Shown here: positions 11,009-20,156 of the stretch, piece after piece
How the letters are laid out: every line of letters begins with the position of its first letter
Numbering within the stretch: the stretch's first letter is position 1
Source: Nonlabens ponticola
Lineage (GTDB): Bacteria; Bacteroidota; Bacteroidia; Flavobacteriales; Flavobacteriaceae
Length of the DNA stretch: 32,000 nt
Direction: 5' to 3'
Assembly: GCF_003966335.1 (NCBI RefSeq)
Contig: NZ_CP034549.1
Location: forward strand, 2,250,001 to 2,282,000
Made by a program: the position numbers and the translations under genes
Notes under the pieces: generated by a model
Seen by the model: the letters and a program-made list of their open reading frames with translations, nothing else
The model's database searches: none
What the model was told of the DNA's origin: nothing

Positions 11009-11016
11009 TATATTTG
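11009..11016 (+). promoter_or_regulatory. Putative -7 box TATATTTG for the DUF1206 gene
   Basis: Exact TAnnTTTG match 13 nt before ATG 11029. It overlaps the TTG at 11014 used by the ORF track, which favours the ATG start. Confidence 0.4.
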
Positions 11017-11028
11017 AAAATCAATATT

Positions 11029-11826
11029 ATGGGAGACAAAGCACACAGAGCGCGGAAATACGCCAGAGTAGGAATAGCCACCAAGGGAATCGTTTATTTA
11101 TTAATGGGTGGCCTTGCTGCATTAACAGCAACTAAACTGAATTCGGACTTCATGGATAGCCAGCAGGTACTTAAATGGATTTCAGAGCGCACCTTTGGTA
11201 GAGTGCTTTTGTTTGGGATGATTGTAGGACTGGTAGGTTATGTGATCTCTCGTGCCATTCTTGCCTTCAATAATTATGATTATGATCACAGTCACGGCAA
11301 GCCTTGGGTCAAGCGTGTAGGTTATGTGATCAATGGATTGGGTTATATCCTTTTGTGCTATTCTTCCATCACTTTATTGATAGGAATCAAGCAAAATGAA
11401 GGTAAATCGCCGTTCATTACTAGCATGTTGGACTCACAACTAGGTGTAGTGCTCGTGATTATAGTTGCGGCAGGTCTTGCTATCAGTGCGATCAATGAAT
11501 TTTATATGGCTTTCTGTGGACTTATGGAAGACATGATCCTTAAAGATGAAATGGATAAGGACAATTATAGTCGTTTGCTTCTTTTGGGCAAAATAGGAAG
11601 ATCTGCCAGAGGATTGGTCTTTGGTTGTGTGGCTTATACGCTATTCAAAGCAGCCTTTAGTGATTCTGCTGGTGTGCCTGGTGGTACCACGGTGGCGTTC
11701 AAATTCCTGGAAGACGCTTTTGGTGAAATCATCATGTGCGTGGTGGCTGGTGGCCTAGCCATGTACGGATTATATCTTATTATAGGTAGCAAGTATCGTA
11801 ATGTGCCTATACGCAGCGTCGATTAG
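11029..11826 (+). CDS. DUF1206-like integral membrane protein
   Basis: Repeated pairs of TM helices, each preceded by the basic G-rich motifs KGIVYLLMGGLA and RGLVFGCVAY. ATG 11029 is preferred over TTG 11014. Confidence 0.7.
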   Translation: MGDKAHRARKYARVGIATKGIVYLLMGGLAALTATKLNSDFMDSQQVLKWISERTFGRVLLFGMIVGLVGYVISRAILAFNNYDYDHSHGKPWVKRVGYVINGLGYILLCYSSITLLIGIKQNEGKSPFITSMLDSQLGVVLVIIVAAGLAISAINEFYMAFCGLMEDMILKDEMDKDNYSRLLLLGKIGRSARGLVFGCVAYTLFKAAFSDSAGVPGGTTVAFKFLEDAFGEIIMCVVAGGLAMYGLYLIIGSKYRNVPIRSVD

Positions 11827-11886
11827 TAGAATAGACTTATTGTGATCATCCCGCTTTTACTTTAGGTTTAATTATCTTCACGACCT

Positions 11887-14433
11887 ATGAAAAGTATCAT
11901 TTCAGCAGTTTTTGCTTTCTTCTTAATTTTCTCATTTTCTACTGCTCAAGAAAATAGATTGGGTAATAATCCATTGAGCAGTTCTGAAATTTATCACCAA
12001 ATAGAGAAGCTAGGTTTTCTAGGTTCTGCGCTATTTGTTGCAGCACATCCAGATGATGAAAATACCCGATTGATCTCATGGCTGGATAATGAAAAAATGG
12101 CCCGTACCGCTTATTTGTCGCTCACTCGTGGCGATGGTGGTCAAAATCTCATAGGTTCCGAATTGCGAGAGCAGCTGGGTATGATACGCACACAGGAATT
12201 GCTCGAAGCGCGCAACATTGATGGCGGCGAGCAGTTTTTTACTCGAGCAAACGACTTTGGTTACTCAAAACATCCTGATGAGACGCTGGAAATTTGGGAC
12301 AAAGAAGCTGTTTTGTCAGATGTCGTGCGCATCATTAGAAAATTCAAACCAGATGTGATCGTTAACAGATTTGATCACAGATCGCCAGGCAGCACTCATG
12401 GACATCATACCAGCAGTGCGATGTTAAGTGTTGAGGCCTTTGATCTTGCAGGGAATAAGTCGGCCTATCCAGAGCAATTGGACAACCTTGAGACCTGGCA
12501 ACCAGAGCGATTATTTTTCAATACAAGCTGGTGGTTTTATGGTAGTCGTGACGCTTTCGCGAAAGCTGACAAAACAAACCTCATCGAGGTAGAATCAGGC
12601 AATTATTATCCATATAGTGGTCGCAGCAACGGTGAGATCGCAGCATTAAGCAGAAGTCAACACCAATCTCAAGGTTTTGGATCCAGCGGCTCACGCGGCA
12701 CCTCGACGGAATATCTAGAATTTTTAAAAGGTAGCTTTCCTGAAGACAAATCAGATTTATTCTCTGGTATCAATACTAGCTGGAGTCGTATAGATGAGTC
12801 AGGATCTGTAGAAAAAGTATGGAGAAAGTTACTCGTGAACTATGATTTTAAAAATCCGTCGGCGAGTTTGAACCAGCTTTTAAAGCTTAAAACACAGCTG
12901 GAAAAATTACCAGACAGTTACTGGAAAGAGGTAAAACTGAAAGAGGTAAGACAATTAGTTCTTGATATGACAGGTGTTTATTTGAACGCAACGGTCAATC
13001 AACCTTATGCAACACCTGGCGAGACTGTAGATGTCGATATAGAAATAACAAATCGAGCACTGCAATCACTTAATTTCAAGGTAAACGGCAATTCGGACTT
13101 GCAAATAATTAAAAACAATCAGCGCGTATTACCCAACAATAGCTCAACTACGGTTGAGGCGCAGTTGTCAATTCCAAAAAATCAAAAACCTACAAATCCG
13201 TATTATCTCGAGCAAGAAGGCTCGCTAGGAATGTACGCAGTGGCAGACGAGAGCCTGATAGGCTTACCGGAAACGGATGAGCCATTTTCTGTTTCGATGG
13301 ATTTAATTTTTGACGGGCAAAAAATCAATTACGAAGTCCCAATCATTTATCAGACTACAGACCGTGTACGCGGTGAGGTCTATGAACCATTTCACATCAA
13401 ACCAGCAGTGAGTATTTCGTTTACTCAGCCTAATTACATCGTCACCAATTTTGAAGAGCCAACAGAGGTGATTGCAACGGTCAAGGCGTTTCAAGACGTG
13501 AAGAATTTTTCGATTGTGACCTCTGCAAAAGGAGATTGGAAAATTAGTACGACAAACGCCGATCTAAGTCCCATAAAAGCTGGGATGAGTAGAGAATTTA
13601 CATTCAACGTCCTACCCAAACCTGGCACTGAAGCAGATCTTCAATTTAGATTTATAGCAAATGGTCAAGTGTTTAATCAAGAAGTGGTAACAGTCGCCTA
13701 CAATCACATTCCAGATCAACAACTATTAAAGCCTGCGGCAAGTCGCATGGTGGCTCTCGATCTTAAAAATGCTGCTAAATCGGTAGCCTACATCAACGGC
13801 GCTGGCGATGATGTAACACAGGCCATTGAAGCAATGGGTACGACGGTGGTCAAATACAATCCTAATGAACTACCAGCAGATTTATCTATGTTTGACGCAG
13901 TGGTCGTTGGCATTAGAGCATTCAATGTAGCACCAGATGCGATGACAAATATCCAACCGCAGCTCAATGCTTTTGTCAACAACGGCGGCACTTTGTTAAT
14001 GCAGTATAATACAAATCGTGGTGTGCGTAGTGATGCACTAGGGCCATTGGAGATTACGCTTTCGCGAAAGCGTGTTACCGATGAAAACGCTGCTGTCGTA
14101 TTTCTTGCACCTGAACATCCAGTATTAAACACGCCTAACCAATTGACTGCCAAAGATTTTGAAGGTTGGGTTCAAGAGCGTGGCTTGTATTTTCCTGATG
14201 CCTGGGATTCAGCATTTACACCTGTTTTAGGGATGAGCGACAAAGGCGAGCCTATTACAAAAGGCAGCTTGATCGTCGCTGAATACGGCAAAGGTCATGT
14301 GGTTTACACAGGTTTGAGTCTTTTTAGGGAATTGCCTGCCGGTGTGCCAGGTGCTTACCGATTACTGGCTAATATGCTAAGTTTGAGTTCTAACAAATCA
14401 ACCATTGAAAAAGAAACCGACCAAAAACTCTAG
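11887..14433 (+). CDS. Secreted PIG-L/LmbE-family deacetylase with a long C-terminal extension
   Basis: Signal peptide MKSIISAVFAFFLIFSFSTAQ. LmbE/PIG-L motifs AHPDDEN and LTRGDGGQN, plus HxxH-like GHHTSS. 848 aa in total. The C-terminal ~200 aa look like a ThuA/GATase1-like fold; that assignment is from memory and unverified. Confidence 0.8.
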   Translation: MKSIISAVFAFFLIFSFSTAQENRLGNNPLSSSEIYHQIEKLGFLGSALFVAAHPDDENTRLISWLDNEKMARTAYLSLTRGDGGQNLIGSELREQLGMIRTQELLEARNIDGGEQFFTRANDFGYSKHPDETLEIWDKEAVLSDVVRIIRKFKPDVIVNRFDHRSPGSTHGHHTSSAMLSVEAFDLAGNKSAYPEQLDNLETWQPERLFFNTSWWFYGSRDAFAKADKTNLIEVESGNYYPYSGRSNGEIAALSRSQHQSQGFGSSGSRGTSTEYLEFLKGSFPEDKSDLFSGINTSWSRIDESGSVEKVWRKLLVNYDFKNPSASLNQLLKLKTQLEKLPDSYWKEVKLKEVRQLVLDMTGVYLNATVNQPYATPGETVDVDIEITNRALQSLNFKVNGNSDLQIIKNNQRVLPNNSSTTVEAQLSIPKNQKPTNPYYLEQEGSLGMYAVADESLIGLPETDEPFSVSMDLIFDGQKINYEVPIIYQTTDRVRGEVYEPFHIKPAVSISFTQPNYIVTNFEEPTEVIATVKAFQDVKNFSIVTSAKGDWKISTTNADLSPIKAGMSREFTFNVLPKPGTEADLQFRFIANGQVFNQEVVTVAYNHIPDQQLLKPAASRMVALDLKNAAKSVAYINGAGDDVTQAIEAMGTTVVKYNPNELPADLSMFDAVVVGIRAFNVAPDAMTNIQPQLNAFVNNGGTLLMQYNTNRGVRSDALGPLEITLSRKRVTDENAAVVFLAPEHPVLNTPNQLTAKDFEGWVQERGLYFPDAWDSAFTPVLGMSDKGEPITKGSLIVAEYGKGHVVYTGLSLFRELPAGVPGAYRLLANMLSLSSNKSTIEKETDQKL
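12553..12566. repeat. Dispersed palindrome copy 4 (inside PIG-L gene, read as AFAKA)
   Basis: Exact 14-mer. Peptide ...GSRDAFAKADKT... Confidence 0.95.
14058..14071. repeat. Dispersed palindrome copy 5 (inside PIG-L gene, read as LSRKR)
   Basis: Exact 14-mer, extending to the 18-bp palindrome ACGCTTTCGCGAAAGCGT at 14056-14073. Peptide ...EITLSRKRVTD... Confidence 0.95.
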
Positions 14434-14527
14434 TAAATGGCGCGTTGCCTATGCCATTGTCATAGGTGCCAATGTGTTGTTTGCCATCCTTCTCTATTTT
14501 TTAAGCCAGCACTATCATGGAATCTAG
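14405..14527 (+). CDS. Candidate 40-aa single-TM mini-protein (TTG start), below the ORF-track size cutoff
   Basis: Hand translation: (M)KKKPTKNSSKWRVAYAIVIGANVLFAILLYFLSQHYHGI*. A Lys-rich N-terminus is followed by one clean TM helix. The ORF overlaps the PIG-L stop by 29 nt and the symporter ATG by 11 nt, so it fills the whole 83-nt gap. Confidence 0.35.
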   Translation: MKKKPTKNSSKWRVAYAIVIGANVLFAILLYFLSQHYHGI

Positions 14528-16277
14528 CTGGTTTACCCAAAAATTAGGCGAGCTTTCCCACGTGGACTGGTTTATCCTGATCAGCACGATTGCGTTCATT
14601 GTTCTCTACGGACTTTATAAAACTCGCGGAAAGCAATCCAGTGAGGAATATATTAAAGGTGGCGATGCTCGCTGGTGGACCGTAGGTTTATCAGTCATGG
14701 CGACGCAAGCCAGTGCCATTACTTTTTTGAGCACGCCAGGACAAGCCTATACGGATGGTCTTGAGTTTGTGCAATTCTATTTTGGATTGCCTATCGCAGT
14801 CGTCATCATTTGTGTGACTTTTATTCCTATCTATCATAAACTCAAGGTTTATACGGCTTATGAGTTTCTGGAAAAACGTTTTGATTTAAAAACGCGAAGC
14901 CTTGCCTCCATCCTATTTTTAATACAACGTGGACTAGCAGCTGGAATCACCATCTATGCACCTGCCATCATCTTGAGTGCTGTACTCAATTGGGAACTGA
15001 AGTATTTGAATATTGCCATTGGTATTCTTGTTATTATTTACACCGTTTCTGGTGGTACCAAGGCAGTAAATGTTACCCAAAAACAACAGATGATTATCAT
15101 CATGAGCGGAATGATAACTGCTTTTGTATTGATCGTTACCCAATTGCCTGATAACGTCTCGTTTGATCAAGCGCTAACCATGGCAGGAAAGGCAGAGAAA
15201 ATGAAGATTATCGATACCAGTTTCTCACTGGATGATCGATACAATATCTGGAGTGCGATTTTTGGTGCGACTTTTTTGATGCTTAGTTATTTTGGGACCG
15301 ATCAATCACAGGTACAACGCTATCTATCTGGAAAGTCTGTGAAGCAAATGCGTATAGGTTTGCTATTCAACGGTTTGCTCAAAGTGCCGATGCAATTCTT
15401 TATCCTGATGGTAGGCGTTATGGTATTTGTGTTTTACCAATTCAACAGCACACCATTGAATTTTAATCCAGCGGCAGAGAAAGCTGTGTTGGAAAGTCCT
15501 TATGCTGCGCAATATGATTCCTTGCAACAGCGCCACGATAACATACTTGCTGAGAAGCAAGCCATGCAACTTAATTATGCCAAATACCTAAACAAAGAAT
15601 ACGTATCACCACCGGATAAACTAGAAAGACGTCTAGAGCAATTTAGAGTTGTTGAAGAAGAGAATCGTGAGGCTGCAAGACAACTCATCAAGAAAGCCGA
15701 TGATGGCATCGAGACCAACGACAAGGACTTTGTTTTTATCCACTTTATACTGAAGCATTTACCTAAGGGATTGATAGGATTATTGCTGGCTGTAATTTTA
15801 AGCGCTGCGATGTCATCTACAGCGTCAGAGCTTAATGCGTTATCCTCAACTTCTACCATTGATATTTACAAACGTTTTTCTGGTAAAGAGTATGACGATG
15901 ACCACTATGTAAAAGTTAGTAAATGGTTGACGCTGGCTTGGGGTTTGATCGCTATAGGCTTTGCCAGCGTGGTATCGCTGTTTGATAATTTAATACAGCT
16001 GGTCAATATTATAGGATCGCTATTCTACGGAACGATACTCGGTATATTCCTGGTAGCATTCTATCTCAAGAAAGTCAAAGGTCAAGCTATTTTTATAGCT
16101 GCCGTAATATCTGAAGCTGTTGTGATAGCCTGCTATAGTCTAGATGCAGCAGATAATGACATATCGATCCTACCATTCCTGTGGTTGAATCCATTGGGTG
16201 CAATATTGACCGTAGTGCTTTCTTTGATCATTCAAAAAACGCAACCACATCAAACTGAAACACTACCAACCTCATGA
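14517..16277 (+). CDS. Sodium:solute symporter (SSS/SLC5) family transporter
   Basis: 586 aa and polytopic, with about 13-14 TM segments. SSS-like N-terminal half (WWTVGLSVMATQASAITFLSTPG). A long charged helical loop sits between the TM bundles. Confidence 0.85.
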   Translation: MESSWFTQKLGELSHVDWFILISTIAFIVLYGLYKTRGKQSSEEYIKGGDARWWTVGLSVMATQASAITFLSTPGQAYTDGLEFVQFYFGLPIAVVIICVTFIPIYHKLKVYTAYEFLEKRFDLKTRSLASILFLIQRGLAAGITIYAPAIILSAVLNWELKYLNIAIGILVIIYTVSGGTKAVNVTQKQQMIIIMSGMITAFVLIVTQLPDNVSFDQALTMAGKAEKMKIIDTSFSLDDRYNIWSAIFGATFLMLSYFGTDQSQVQRYLSGKSVKQMRIGLLFNGLLKVPMQFFILMVGVMVFVFYQFNSTPLNFNPAAEKAVLESPYAAQYDSLQQRHDNILAEKQAMQLNYAKYLNKEYVSPPDKLERRLEQFRVVEEENREAARQLIKKADDGIETNDKDFVFIHFILKHLPKGLIGLLLAVILSAAMSSTASELNALSSTSTIDIYKRFSGKEYDDDHYVKVSKWLTLAWGLIAIGFASVVSLFDNLIQLVNIIGSLFYGTILGIFLVAFYLKKVKGQAIFIAAVISEAVVIACYSLDAADNDISILPFLWLNPLGAILTVVLSLIIQKTQPHQTETLPTS

Positions 16278-16783
16278 AAAAATACTTTTATAGCGATGGC
16301 TTTCGGGAATTTGGGCCATTTACTACTGCCGACCTAATGAGCAAAAAAATGCGTGCCGATTACCAAGTACGTGCAGAAGATGAAACCACACTCGTACCTG
16401 GTCATCAACATCCAGATCTCAAATTTCTTTTTGAGTCAAAACCAGAGTTTCAAAAACAAAAAGTGAGACAACAAAAGACTGACACTATTGTCAAACCGAA
16501 ATCTTTTATCAAAGAGAACTACGTTTTAGTTGGGATACTTTTTTGGTTTGTACTGCGCTTAGCCAGAGTGCCACTTAGTTCTAACTTTATTTCTTTTAAA
16601 ACCGCAACTATTGTTAGGACTGCATTAGGAATAGGCATAGGTTTCTTACCCTTGATATTTGCTTTAAGCGTTAGAGACAGGTCAAAGAAAGTCATCGCCA
16701 TCGTTATTGCTGCTGCGATCGCACTATGGCAAATTCACGATTCTATAAACTATGCGGTTACCATTTTTGAGCGCACACGGTAA
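16274..16783 (+). CDS. Membrane protein with an N-terminal GYF_2-like domain
   Basis: The start overlaps the symporter stop (ATGA). The N-terminus YFYSDGFREFGPFTTADL resembles GYF_2/DUF4339. The C-terminal half has about 3 TM helices. Confidence 0.55.
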   Translation: MKKYFYSDGFREFGPFTTADLMSKKMRADYQVRAEDETTLVPGHQHPDLKFLFESKPEFQKQKVRQQKTDTIVKPKSFIKENYVLVGILFWFVLRLARVPLSSNFISFKTATIVRTALGIGIGFLPLIFALSVRDRSKKVIAIVIAAAIALWQIHDSINYAVTIFERTR

Positions 16784-16784
16784 A

Positions 16785-17219
16785 CTAGCCGTTACTTTTT
16801 TGATTTAGGATAATTTCTAATTTGATGTCGGTTTTGAAAAGCTTTGAGACTGGGCATACATTCTTAGCCTTTTCAGCTATTTCTTTGAATTTTTCCTCGC
16901 TTATTTCGGGCACCTCACCTACTAGATTGAGATACACTTGAGTAATCTCACCATCTTCAAAAGTAACATTGGCATCAGTATGTAAATGGTCTGCCGTAAA
17001 ACCTTCTTCATTGAGTAGGAAGCTGAGCTGCATGGTGTAGCAACCTGCGTGAGCAGCACCTAGTAATTCTTCTGGATTAGTTCCTTTTTTCTCACCTTCA
17101 AATCGAGTTCCAAAAGAATATGGCGTGTCTTCAAGCACCTTACTGCCAGTATTGATGTGGCCTTTACCTTCTTTACCTGTTCCATACCAGTGTGCGTTTG
17201 CCTTCCTTGTAAATTTCAT
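16785..17219 (-). CDS. osmC: OsmC-family peroxiredoxin
   Basis: 144 aa with both conserved Cys contexts (AHAGCY and NVCPVS) and an OsmC-type N-terminus (ANAHWYGTGKEGKG). Confidence 0.85.
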   Translation of the reverse strand: MKFTRKANAHWYGTGKEGKGHINTGSKVLEDTPYSFGTRFEGEKKGTNPEELLGAAHAGCYTMQLSFLLNEEGFTADHLHTDANVTFEDGEITQVYLNLVGEVPEISEEKFKEIAEKAKNVCPVSKLFKTDIKLEIILNQKSNG

Positions 17220-17314
17220 GTGTTATGTTTTTATGTAAAATACTCAACATGCCAGATTGTAGCATGACCTTTAACGCAGGTTTAGATAATTGATGTGTGA
17301 CTGTAATTTGAATA

Positions 17315-17338
17315 ATTACGCTTTCGCGAAAGCGTAAT
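17315..17338. repeat. Dispersed palindrome copy 6, the longest form: 24-bp perfect palindrome ATTACGCTTTCGCGAAAGCGTAAT (core 17320-17333)
   Basis: Read directly from the sequence. It is intergenic, about 100 bp upstream of the osmC ATG and just downstream of the DUF2911-gene terminator. Confidence 0.95.
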
Positions 17339-17358
17339 CGCAAGAAACACTACTGCAT

Positions 17359-17391
17359 AAAAAAACCGATTGAATAAGACTCAAGCGGTTT
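17359..17391 (-). terminator. Rho-independent terminator downstream of the DUF2911 gene
   Basis: 10-bp stem with one mismatch (17364-17373 / 17381-17390) and a 7-nt loop. A T-run follows on the minus strand (A-run 17359-17365 on plus). Confidence 0.6.
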
Positions 17392-17414
17392 AAATTTTGA
17401 CTTGTAAGATCGTA

Positions 17415-18260
17415 CTACATCTTCACGCCCCATTCTTCTAAAGAGATCTTATTTAATCTCACATAATCTGGGTTGGGTGCTTCTTGAGCGAGTTTTAAAG
17501 AGGTTTTTGCACTAGCAATGGCCTTGTCTTTTTGCCCCATTTGAGCTTCCATCAGTGATTTTTTTCTCCACATCCAGTAAGCCTTAGGGCTCATCTCTAC
17601 CGCTTTATTGATCCATTCATAGGCTTGCTTCATGTCTTTACCAGAATCCATGTAGAAAGTCGCCGCACTATAATAATCTGAAGCCGTAGGACCTGTCATG
17701 ATACGATTGATACTGGCCAACATTTTGGCATCTGTAGGTACCGTGAATGGCGCTGATACCTTTACATCGTCCCACATGATATCCATCACGGCATTGTCCA
17801 TCTTCATGTCGTTTATACTGATGCTAAAGTTCTCCACCTTGCCATCAATTTTAGTTACTGGCACTTTTACTCTAGCAGCCACTAGGTTCTCATCCCAATC
17901 TTGTGGTGTACCCCAGTTATTAGTGTTAGAATAAAAAATCAATTCCCATTCTGATTTTCCTGGAATACTGTAAAGAGCATAATCGCCTGCGGCTAGCTTT
18001 GCACCACCTACAGTAACATCGTCGCCAAAACTTACAATGGTATTTGCATTTGCACCTGTACGCCATAATTTGTCATAAGGAACCAACGCACCAAATATAT
18101 TGCGATCTCTCATCGCTGGTCTTGAGTAGTCTAGTGTGACCTCGGTAAGACCTACTGTTTGTGTCACCTTTGCGCTAGGACTAGGCTGTACGGCCACGAT
18201 TTGTGCCTGTGCAAGACTTGCTGTCAAACAAACGGCTAATAATAAAATTACTTTTTTCAT
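17415..18260 (-). CDS. DUF2911-like secreted protein with a TPR-like C-terminus
   Basis: Signal peptide. The sequence SPSAKVTQTVGLTEVTLDYSRP...WRTGANANT is typical of DUF2911. The C-terminal helical repeats look TPR-like. Confidence 0.7.
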   Translation of the reverse strand: MKKVILLLAVCLTASLAQAQIVAVQPSPSAKVTQTVGLTEVTLDYSRPAMRDRNIFGALVPYDKLWRTGANANTIVSFGDDVTVGGAKLAAGDYALYSIPGKSEWELIFYSNTNNWGTPQDWDENLVAARVKVPVTKIDGKVENFSISINDMKMDNAVMDIMWDDVKVSAPFTVPTDAKMLASINRIMTGPTASDYYSAATFYMDSGKDMKQAYEWINKAVEMSPKAYWMWRKKSLMEAQMGQKDKAIASAKTSLKLAQEAPNPDYVRLNKISLEEWGVKM

Positions 18261-18281
18261 GATTTAGTTTTATTTATAAAT

Positions 18282-18686
18282 TTAATTAACTCCTTGTGCT
18301 TTAGAGAAGAATATCATTTTTATAGCCACAATGAGCAGCACTACTCCAAAGACTTTTTTCAATAATTGTTGATTGATGTTCACGGCGATTTTTGAGCCAA
18401 AATATCCACCTACCACAAATGCCAGCGCAATAATGAGCGCATAACGCCAGTCCAACGTATGACCGCTAGAATGATAAGTATATGCAGCAACCAGAGTTAC
18501 TGGGACTGCCAGCACGGCTAGACTCATTCCTTGTGCCTGATGTTGTGAATATCCCAGAAACCATATCGCTAGCGGTACCATCACCACGCCACCACCTACA
18601 CCTACACTACCGCTCAAGAAACCAGCAATTAGTCCTAACAGGAGAAGTAGTAAAACGATTTCTACAGTCATGGTTGGTTTTTTCAT
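18282..18686 (-). CDS. Half-size TauE/SafE-family (sulfite exporter-like) membrane protein
   Basis: 134 aa with 4 TM helices. It carries the TauE-like G-rich first helix (LIAGFLSGSVGVGGGVVMVP). That is about half the usual family length. Confidence 0.6.
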   Translation of the reverse strand: MKKPTMTVEIVLLLLLLGLIAGFLSGSVGVGGGVVMVPLAIWFLGYSQHQAQGMSLAVLAVPVTLVAAYTYHSSGHTLDWRYALIIALAFVVGGYFGSKIAVNINQQLLKKVFGVVLLIVAIKMIFFSKAQGVN

Positions 18687-18687
18687 A

Positions 18688-20151
18688 TTATAATAATGGC
18701 GCCCATAGTCTACAAAAAGACTCTTTGAACTTATCCACTTTTGATCTTTCTGCCCAGCGATCTAAAATGATTTCCTGGCTTGACTCTAGATCTTTCTCAA
18801 ATTGAACGTTGAGTTGCTGCGCAATATCGTCGTCATAGATAAGCGCATTGATCTCAAAGTTGATATCAAAACTACGATAATCCATATTAGAAGTTCCTAC
18901 AGTGGCAAACTTGTCGTCAACAACCATGGTTTTTGCATGTAACATGCCTTTGCAGTACCACGATACTCGTGCGCCGCTGCGCAAAATTTCTTCAAAATAT
19001 GATCGCGACGCATAGCGTGCTGCCCAGCTATCACCGGTTTCTGGCACTAGAATGTGGACGTCGATACCTGATCTTGAGGCACTTTTTAATGCTGTGAGAA
19101 TTGCCTCGTTGGGAATAAAATATGGTGTGGTAATTCTTATGCTATGCTCCGCGGTAGTAATGGCGCTAAAAATAGCCTCCATGATATTTGCCCAATCTGT
19201 GTCAGGTCCGCTGGCGGCAATTTGCACAGCGGCACCTATGTTCTCATCAATCTCTGGAAAATAACTTTCCTTGATAGGCAGATTATCATTTTTAGAAACG
19301 AAAAACCAATTGAGTAGCCACTGCGATTGTAGGCTCTTAACTGCGTGACCTTCAATACGCAAATGTGTGTCTCGCCAATACATCTTGCCTCGTTCACCAG
19401 TATTTACGTAGTCGTCACTTATATTCACGCCGCCTAGATAACCTATATGGCCATCGATAACTATAATCTTGCGGTGGTTTCTATAATTAGCCTTACGCGT
19501 AAAATTGCTAAAAATCACCGGCATGAAAGAGTTAAGCTCAATGCCTACGGCTCGCATCCTGCGTCGTGCCTTTCCTGATAGATTACTACCTACTGAGTCG
19601 TAGATGAGCTTGACCTCAACGCCGCGCTGTGCAGCACCTACTAATTTATCAATGATCTTATTACCTATAACGTCATCCTGAATGATGAAATATTCTAGAT
19701 GGATATGATCGGTAGCTTGATCAAGATCTTTAAAAATTGACTCAAAAGTCTTTTTACCATTGATCAACAATGTAAGATCATTGCGTCTCGTTAAAGGAGC
19801 ACTATCGTTGTGTCGCAATAATTTCACCATTTTCACGCGATCTTCTAAAAAATCATCGTCAAAATCCTCTAGCTCTTTATCTGAAATGAAAAGGCGATCA
19901 TTCCATTTTTTGATAAGATCATGGGAATTGATGTCCTTGCGTTTAAATATCTTGGACTTGCGATATTCCAGTCCAAAAAAGTAATAGATCACCAAGCCTA
20001 TAAAAGGAAAAGCGACTAGAAACAGCAGCGAAGACAAGGTTTTGCGTGGATTTTGATTGTTGCGCAGCAGGAAAAATGCCGCACTCAAGGCTACTACATA
20101 ATTAATTATGAGTAACGAGATAAACCAATTTCTAGCAAACCATTCCAGCAT
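18688..20151 (-). CDS. cls: Cardiolipin synthase (PLD superfamily)
   Basis: 487 aa. Two N-terminal TM helices and two HKD motifs (HRKIIVIDG... and HAKTMVVDD...). Confidence 0.9.
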   Translation of the reverse strand: MLEWFARNWFISLLIINYVVALSAAFFLLRNNQNPRKTLSSLLFLVAFPFIGLVIYYFFGLEYRKSKIFKRKDINSHDLIKKWNDRLFISDKELEDFDDDFLEDRVKMVKLLRHNDSAPLTRRNDLTLLINGKKTFESIFKDLDQATDHIHLEYFIIQDDVIGNKIIDKLVGAAQRGVEVKLIYDSVGSNLSGKARRRMRAVGIELNSFMPVIFSNFTRKANYRNHRKIIVIDGHIGYLGGVNISDDYVNTGERGKMYWRDTHLRIEGHAVKSLQSQWLLNWFFVSKNDNLPIKESYFPEIDENIGAAVQIAASGPDTDWANIMEAIFSAITTAEHSIRITTPYFIPNEAILTALKSASRSGIDVHILVPETGDSWAARYASRSYFEEILRSGARVSWYCKGMLHAKTMVVDDKFATVGTSNMDYRSFDINFEINALIYDDDIAQQLNVQFEKDLESSQEIILDRWAERSKVDKFKESFCRLWAPLL

Positions 20152-20156
20152 TTCTT

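Noticed and set aside
10862-11013. Search for an adenosylcobalamin riboswitch upstream of the B12-dependent icmF
   Set aside because: I could not find a B12-box-like sequence or extended conserved structure, and the leader is only about 25 nt if the TAATTTTG box is the promoter.
14623-14634. Near-motif CTCGCGGAAAGC in the symporter gene; similar partial matches are ACGCTTTGCG at 8975-8984 and the half-site GCTTTCGG at 9545-9552
   Set aside because: Only one half-site or a shifted core matches. 7-8-mer matches of this kind are expected by chance a few times in 64 kb of two-strand sequence.
19493-19502. TTACGCGTAA, a 10-bp palindrome in cls that looks like the outer arms of the element collapsed together
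   Set aside because: It is short, unique, and explicable by chance. Nothing supports excision of a core.
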